Shown here piece after piece: positions 35,053 through 40,549 of a stretch of DNA of 40,549 bases. The notes under the pieces were generated by a model, which did no database searches, was not told the DNA's origin, and was given only the letters and a program-made list of their open reading frames with translations. The stretch comes from Octopus bimaculoides. Taxonomy: Eukaryota. Numbering within the stretch: position 1 is the first letter of the stretch; each line of letters opens with the position of its first letter. The stretch is from the NCBI RefSeq assembly GCF_001194135.2, contig NC_068984.1:125092507-125133055 (forward strand), written 5' to 3'. The translations under genes were made by a program, and so were the position numbers.

Positions 35053-35116
35053 GTAAATCATAGATCTTAGATGGAGATGCTTGACATTCAACATGCTGAG
35101 AACAGAGGACACTTAC

Positions 35117-35164
35117 CTATTGGTCGAGTGTTAGCTAGAAGCTTACAGTAATTGATATTATGAA
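35117..35164 (-). CDS. Candidate 48-nt phase 1-1 exon (x-HNINYCKLLANTRPI)
   Basis: CTCACATTCAG acceptor, TAG|GTAAGT donor, only one open frame. Confidence 0.25.
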
Positions 35165-35204
35165 CTGAATGTGAGTTTTAATATTTATAAATGGTCAACA
35201 TGTT

Positions 35205-35375
35205 TAGCAGCATCTTGTCCGAGTCTACGTTCTGAGTTCAAATGCCGGCAAGGTCGACTTTACCTTTCATCCTTTCGGAGTCGATAAAATAAGTACCAGT
35301 TGAGCATTGAGGTTGATGTGGACGACTTCCCCACTTCCCCGAGGTTACTGCCTTATGCCAAAATTTGAAATCAGT
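35205..35375 (+). mobile_element. SINE family A
   Basis: B box GAGTTCAAATGCC and body. Confidence 0.75.
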
Positions 35376-35404
35376 ATTTATAAATGTTAACTGTAAAGAC
35401 ATGA

Positions 35405-35713
35405 ATTCTTTCATTCTTTTAACTGTTTCAATCATTAGACAATGGCCATGCTGGAGCACCACTTTGAAAGTTTACTGTTGAACAAATCGAGCCCAATATT
35501 TGTATTTTTAAAGCCTGAAACTTATTCTACCAGTTTTTGTTTTTTTATCCCCCGGGACTTAAACACACCGACAGCGGTTATCAAGCGGTGGTAGAAGACA
35601 AACACAGACATTAAAACAAAGATACACACACATACACACGCACATACACACACTCACACACACAAACGCTTGCACGCACGCACACACACATATATGTATA
35701 TGTATATTTATAT

Positions 35714-35746
<33 letters not shown>

Positions 35747-35845
35747 CGGGCTTTTTTCAGTTTCCGTCTATCAAATCCACGCAGTGGGAATGAAACCGGA
35801 ACCATGTGATTGGGAAGTAAGGTTATTATCACACAGCCACGCCCT
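35405..35845 (-). mobile_element. SINE family B, degenerate
   Basis: Both halves present around the internal microsatellite; deletion in the 5' half. Confidence 0.8.
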
Positions 35846-36404
35846 GTGAAGAGATGAACATGTATCAGAGATTGATTTATAACTGTAAAAGCATTAATAT
35901 TGCCCTGCAAATTATAGTTAAGTGATTCGGATCCCATCTTTGGGCCTGTTTCTAGTTTCTACTGATGCTTATAACATCGTTATTCAATTCTGCATTAAAA
36001 GCTCCAGGAGTTCATCCATTCATTTATATTCTGATGTGCGATGTTATTTGTCTTCGTAAATATCGTATTTAGATGTCTTTCTATATTAGACATTAAATGC
36101 ATGTATGCTGTTCTTTAATGGATCTTCGTCAGTTTCGACGTTAAGAATTTATATGTTTGGTCAATTAAACCTCTTTGAATTTGGTGTGTAAGTGGGAGAA
36201 CACGTGTACTCTTAACTGCTTGTGTCTGCATGTGAAGTCACACACCTATATATCTATATTTGTCCGCACAGACATTTAGAACAGTAAAACATAGAAAAGC
36301 ATAAATTTAACATATGTTGTTTGCATATCAATTCAGTATTTAGAACTATCTCTCTCTTTTTCTCATCCTTTCCCCACCTCTCCTTCTCCTTCTCCCTTTT
36401 TATT

Positions 36405-36423
36405 TATCTATCTATCTATATAT

Positions 36424-36475
<52 letters not shown>

Positions 36476-36505
36476 ATACGTGTGTGTGCACATATATATA
36501 TATTC

Positions 36506-36549
<44 letters not shown>

Positions 36550-36869
36550 ATATGTGTGTGTAAATGTGTATGTGCTTATGTATGTACATGGTTTTGTGCA
36601 TGTGTGTGTGTGTGTGTGTGTTTGTGTGTGTATTTGTGTCTGTGTGTGTGTATCTGTGTCTGTGTTTATGTATGTGCAAGGTTTTGTACGTAGGGGGGAA
36701 AACAAGTTCTGATTCAGGTATTTGGCATGAAAGCAAGACTAATATGTCCAATATTCTCTTCCAGGTCCAACTATATTTGGCTTAAATATACACGTACATA
36801 CATACGTATACATACACGCAAATAAATACACACACACACACGCGTATACACACACACACACACACATAT

Positions 36870-36900
<31 letters not shown>

Positions 36901-36912
36901 NNNNNNNNNNNN

Positions 36913-36942
<30 letters not shown>
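36405..36942. repeat. (TATC)n/(TA)n/(GT)n/(CA)n compound microsatellite
   Basis: Direct inspection. Confidence 0.9.
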
Positions 36943-36945
<3 letters not shown>

Positions 36946-37262
36946 TATTTACGAAACATTCTTTCATATCTAACCTCACAAGGAATTCTTGTTAAGAAAA
37001 ACAATATTAACGACAAAAATAATAACTCTTATACAGTCACACAAACATAGCGCTCATATGAATAATAACAACAACAGCGATTATAAGCGAAGGGAAGGTG
37101 ACTCTACGACATTGCTCACCTTACTAGAAATAGCAGCCAATGCTCCTTTTATTAGTACCCTTGACGTCTGAAACAGATACAATGGATAATGCAAGAAATA
37201 GTTGCCAAAGGTCACTGTAGGAGGAAAGGCTATACTGGATAATCTTTCGGTGTACTTGCATC

Positions 37263-37700
37263 TTTTATCTTTTATTTGTTTCTGTAATTAGACTGCGGCC
37301 ATGCTGGGGCACCATCTTGAAAGGTTTTGCTCCAACAAATCCACCCACTGTTTTAGTTTGCTTCTTTTTTTTTTTTTTGCGTAGAGGGGTTGTTTTGTTT
37401 ATAATTTGGTACTTATTCTATCGATGCTTTTTGACGAACTGCCAGGTTGCGGAGGTGTAAACAAACCAACACCGGTTGTCAAACAAGGGAAGTATAGTGA
37501 CAAACACTGACACAGAAACACCTATACATGTACATACGACGGGCTTCCATACGGTTTCCGCCAACCAAGTTCCCTCACACGGTATTCGTCGGTTCGGGCA
37601 TATAGTAAAAGACACTTGTCTAAGGTACTGAGCAGTGGGACTGAACCCAAAACCACATAGTTGCAAAGTGTGCTTCTGAGTTACACAGTCATGCCAGCGC
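37263..37700 (-). mobile_element. SINE family B, degenerate
   Basis: GCGGCCATGCTGGGGCACC...GACACTTGTCTAAGG...GCAGTGGGACTGAACCC. Confidence 0.8.
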
Positions 37701-37949
37701 AAAACAAATTAGATTGGAATACCTTAGTCTGCTCCATTAGATTTATTCTATTTGAGGTTGAGCAAAAATATGTTGCACCTGAGCTAAAGTAGAGCGTCTT
37801 TAGCTGCTAGAAATAGTGACCAAATCTCCCCTAAGTCACACACAATTTGTTTTATGTACGGATAAGGCAAATTACAAAATGTGGTCCCTGATCTATTGCC
37901 TGGAAAGCCAGGATGATCACTGTTGGTCATAGATTGGCTTAACCTACAC

Positions 37950-38172
37950 TTTGCCCGGGGCGCTAACAATTCTGCCAGCTCACCGCCTTAACAGTAATCC
38001 TTTCTACAATAGGCACGTGACCTGACATTTTGGGGAAGGGGGTTAGTATCCAAGTGGTACTTAATTTGTCAACCCCGGTTGAAAGGCAAAGTCGAACTCA
38101 GAACGTAGTGACGGGCGAAATATCGCTAAGCATTCCGTACATCGTGTTAACGATTCTGCCAGCTCACCGCCC
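37950..38172 (-). mobile_element. SINE family A copies (head fragment plus deleted copy)
   Basis: CTAACAATTCTGCCAGCTCACCGCC and TTAACGATTCTGCCAGCTCACCGCC heads. Confidence 0.75.
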
Positions 38173-38404
38173 TAATGATAATAAAATTCCACACTATAAA
38201 TGTTCTTATTTCTATTTTTGATGCATAAATTACGTTACCGAGTTCAATTACGGGTTCAATTTTGGTCAGTAAAGCTTTTTAAAGCATATCACTCGGACTG
38301 GTTTTGTTTCGTCCTCCATTTCCTCCCATAGATAAGTTTTCCTAAAGCGTAACACTGCAAATTATTTCATTATGTTAAAGATGTCAAGGGTGCAGACTTA
38401 TCAT

Positions 38405-38600
38405 AATCGTTAGAGAGTCAGGCAAGATGCCGTACGGTATTTGTTCCAGTTGTACTTTTCGACTTTTCGTTCTAAACTCAATTCCTACAGAAACCAATTT
38501 CACCTTTTATCACTTTGGGGTTACTGATGAAATAAAGTACCTGTCAAGAACAGGGACCGACGTCATTAACCAATCTCTACCCTCAAAATTGTTGGCCATC
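38405..38600 (+). mobile_element. Old degenerate SINE family A
   Basis: Weak colinear similarity (AATCGTTAGAG..., AAATAAAGTACC). Confidence 0.5.
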
Positions 38601-39524
38601 CGCTTATATAGAAGATTTTGTCCCATAGTGAATGATGTAGTGAAAGCGTAACACATGGACAGATATCGTGACAAACAATAATATTATATTATAAAGTACT
38701 GCTCTGTAACATAGCCGCGATATTATACGTTTAGGGGTTATAGCTGATTATATCGACGTCAATACAATTTTCTCGGACCAGAAGGATTAAAGGTTAAGTT
38801 GATGTTGACCGGATTTAAAATCACAAAATAGAGGGGAGTAAGTGAATAATAACAGAAATAATTTTGGTGCGACACAGCCAAATCTGTCGGGATCTGTATT
38901 TCAATTTATGTATTATTAATTCGAACGAGATGTCGTTCAAATTTGGCTTTGAAGGACTATAACCGCTGATGCGAGTCCGAAAGAGCCCATGTCCTTGCTA
39001 CGAAAGAAAACGGTTATCGGACGAGCAATTCGAAACAAGAAAGCAATGTGCCGGAACACATGCTTCAAGGAATTCCCTTCGGTCTTAGAGATCCACACAT
39101 TGCTTTTGGTCTCATACTTTATGTTTTCAACCCCTGAAATGGACAAAATATACGAAGCCGGCTTTAGCAGGATTCGAACATCCGCGAGTAAAGAACTGGA
39201 ACGCATGAAATGAAGCAATCTAACATAACGCTCTATCGACTCAACCAGCTCGCTTCATTGACTGGTAATCTTTATTGTTTTCTATCTTACGAACAACAAA
39301 AACATCAACATTAACAACGTCACTATATTTAAGCAAAACTATAGCAACTACTACTACTCTCTGTCTGTTACTCGACGCTTACATATTTTAGCAGCCCTAG
39401 AATGACTGGCAGTTAAGTTTATTTCAGCGGGATTTGAACTCGGAACATAAAGATACGTAAAAAAATAGTACACGACATTAGTTTGTCGCTATATATATAT
39501 TCGGCAATGTACCACTCTACCAAT

Positions 39525-39675
39525 AACAATAATAAGAGTAGAAAATTCTACCACTACTACCACCGCTACCATCAACGTCATCATCATCATCATCATCATC
39601 ATCACCACAGCCACCACTACCAATACTATCATCATCAACAACATCATCATCAACAACATCATCATCAACAACAAT
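39525..39675. repeat. (CAT)n/(CAA)n/(CAC)n trinucleotide repeat
   Basis: Direct inspection. Confidence 0.9.
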
Positions 39676-39679
39676 ATTG

Positions 39680-40254
39680 GGACAGGGCCTGAAATTTTGG
39701 TGGAGGGGTTAGTTAGTTGATTATATTTACCTGTATCTGACTAGCACCACGTTGTTGTTGACCCCGAAGGTGGGTGAAGTTGATCCCAAAGTAATTTGAA
39801 AGCGAGGTGGCTGAATCGTTAGAGCGTCGGAAAAAAATGTTTAGTGGCTTTTTCTACTGGTTCTTTACGTTCTGCGTTCAAATCCCACCAAGTTAAACTT
39901 TGCTTTTTTATATTTTCTGAGTTGATCAAATAAAATACAGGTCGATGGAAATTTGATTATCCTCTTCCTCCACCTCCAAAAAATATCAGGCACTGTGCCT
40001 TTACTAGAAAGAATTATTAATATTATCATTATTATTATTATTATTATTACAAGGAGGGCGGCGAGCTGGCAGAATCGTTAGCACAGCGAACAAAATGGTT
40101 AGCGGCATTTCGTTCGGCTTTACGTTCTGATTTCACATGCCGCCGAGGTCTTTCGGGTTCGATAAACTAAGTACCAATCAAGTACTGGGATCGATAAAAT
40201 CGACTAGCCACCTCCCGCGGAATTTCAGACCCTGTGCCTTATAGTAGAAAGAAT
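39680..40254. mobile_element. SINE family A cluster
   Basis: Minus remnant at about 39680-39800; plus copies at about 39802-40015 and 40057-40254. Confidence 0.8.
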
Positions 40255-40549
40255 TATTATCATTACGAGAAGAAAAAAGAATTTCCACACATTAAAGGAA
40301 AGGTGGGGGGAAAAAACCGTGAACTAAGAACATTCATTAATTAGTGACGGGGTGTAACTAATGAGAAATGGTTTCAAGCGTAAATCGAAACCGCATATTG
40401 GGTGAGCGAAGTTATTAAATATATTCTTACCTCTTTACTCGAAAGTAATACAGTGAAATTGTCCTCTCCAGTTAAGCAATTAGAAAAAAAAATAATATAA
40501 AAGAAAAAGAAAAAGAAAATCGACTGTGTTGCTATGGACGATGACGACA

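Noticed and set aside
38964-39035. CTGATGCGAGTCCGA...TCGGAC...GAAAC resembling an engineered hammerhead
   Set aside because: 2-nt insertion in the core and a 9-nt spacer before GAAA.
39118-39133. Minus-strand 16-nt micro-exon with a strong acceptor; overlapping 93-aa and 74-aa ORFs
   Set aside because: Phase incompatible with the 35117 candidate, no recognisable homology, and the ORF start lies in a SINE remnant.

Overview
Eukaryotic, AT-rich, microsatellite-dense draft-assembly DNA with many N gaps. No intact protein-coding gene is visible; most ORF-track entries are microsatellite or gap artefacts. The SINE families look like those of Octopus (coleoid cephalopod); this is an inference from recalled repeat sequences. 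Contents: many tRNA-derived SINE copies from at least three families; a 5'-truncated RTE LINE ending in three C2H2 fingers; a bipartite RTE-like element; a decayed TRT/DD37E-like Tc1 element; mariner remnants and MITEs; and a Penelope-like element (GIY-YIG) with an inverted terminal repeat. The most notable signal is five minimal type-I hammerhead ribozyme motifs from four unrelated sequence families (1870, 15245, 16914, 18493, 23134). Each has a (quasi-)palindromic stem III that is expected to need dimerisation. A few candidate host exons are reported at low confidence.
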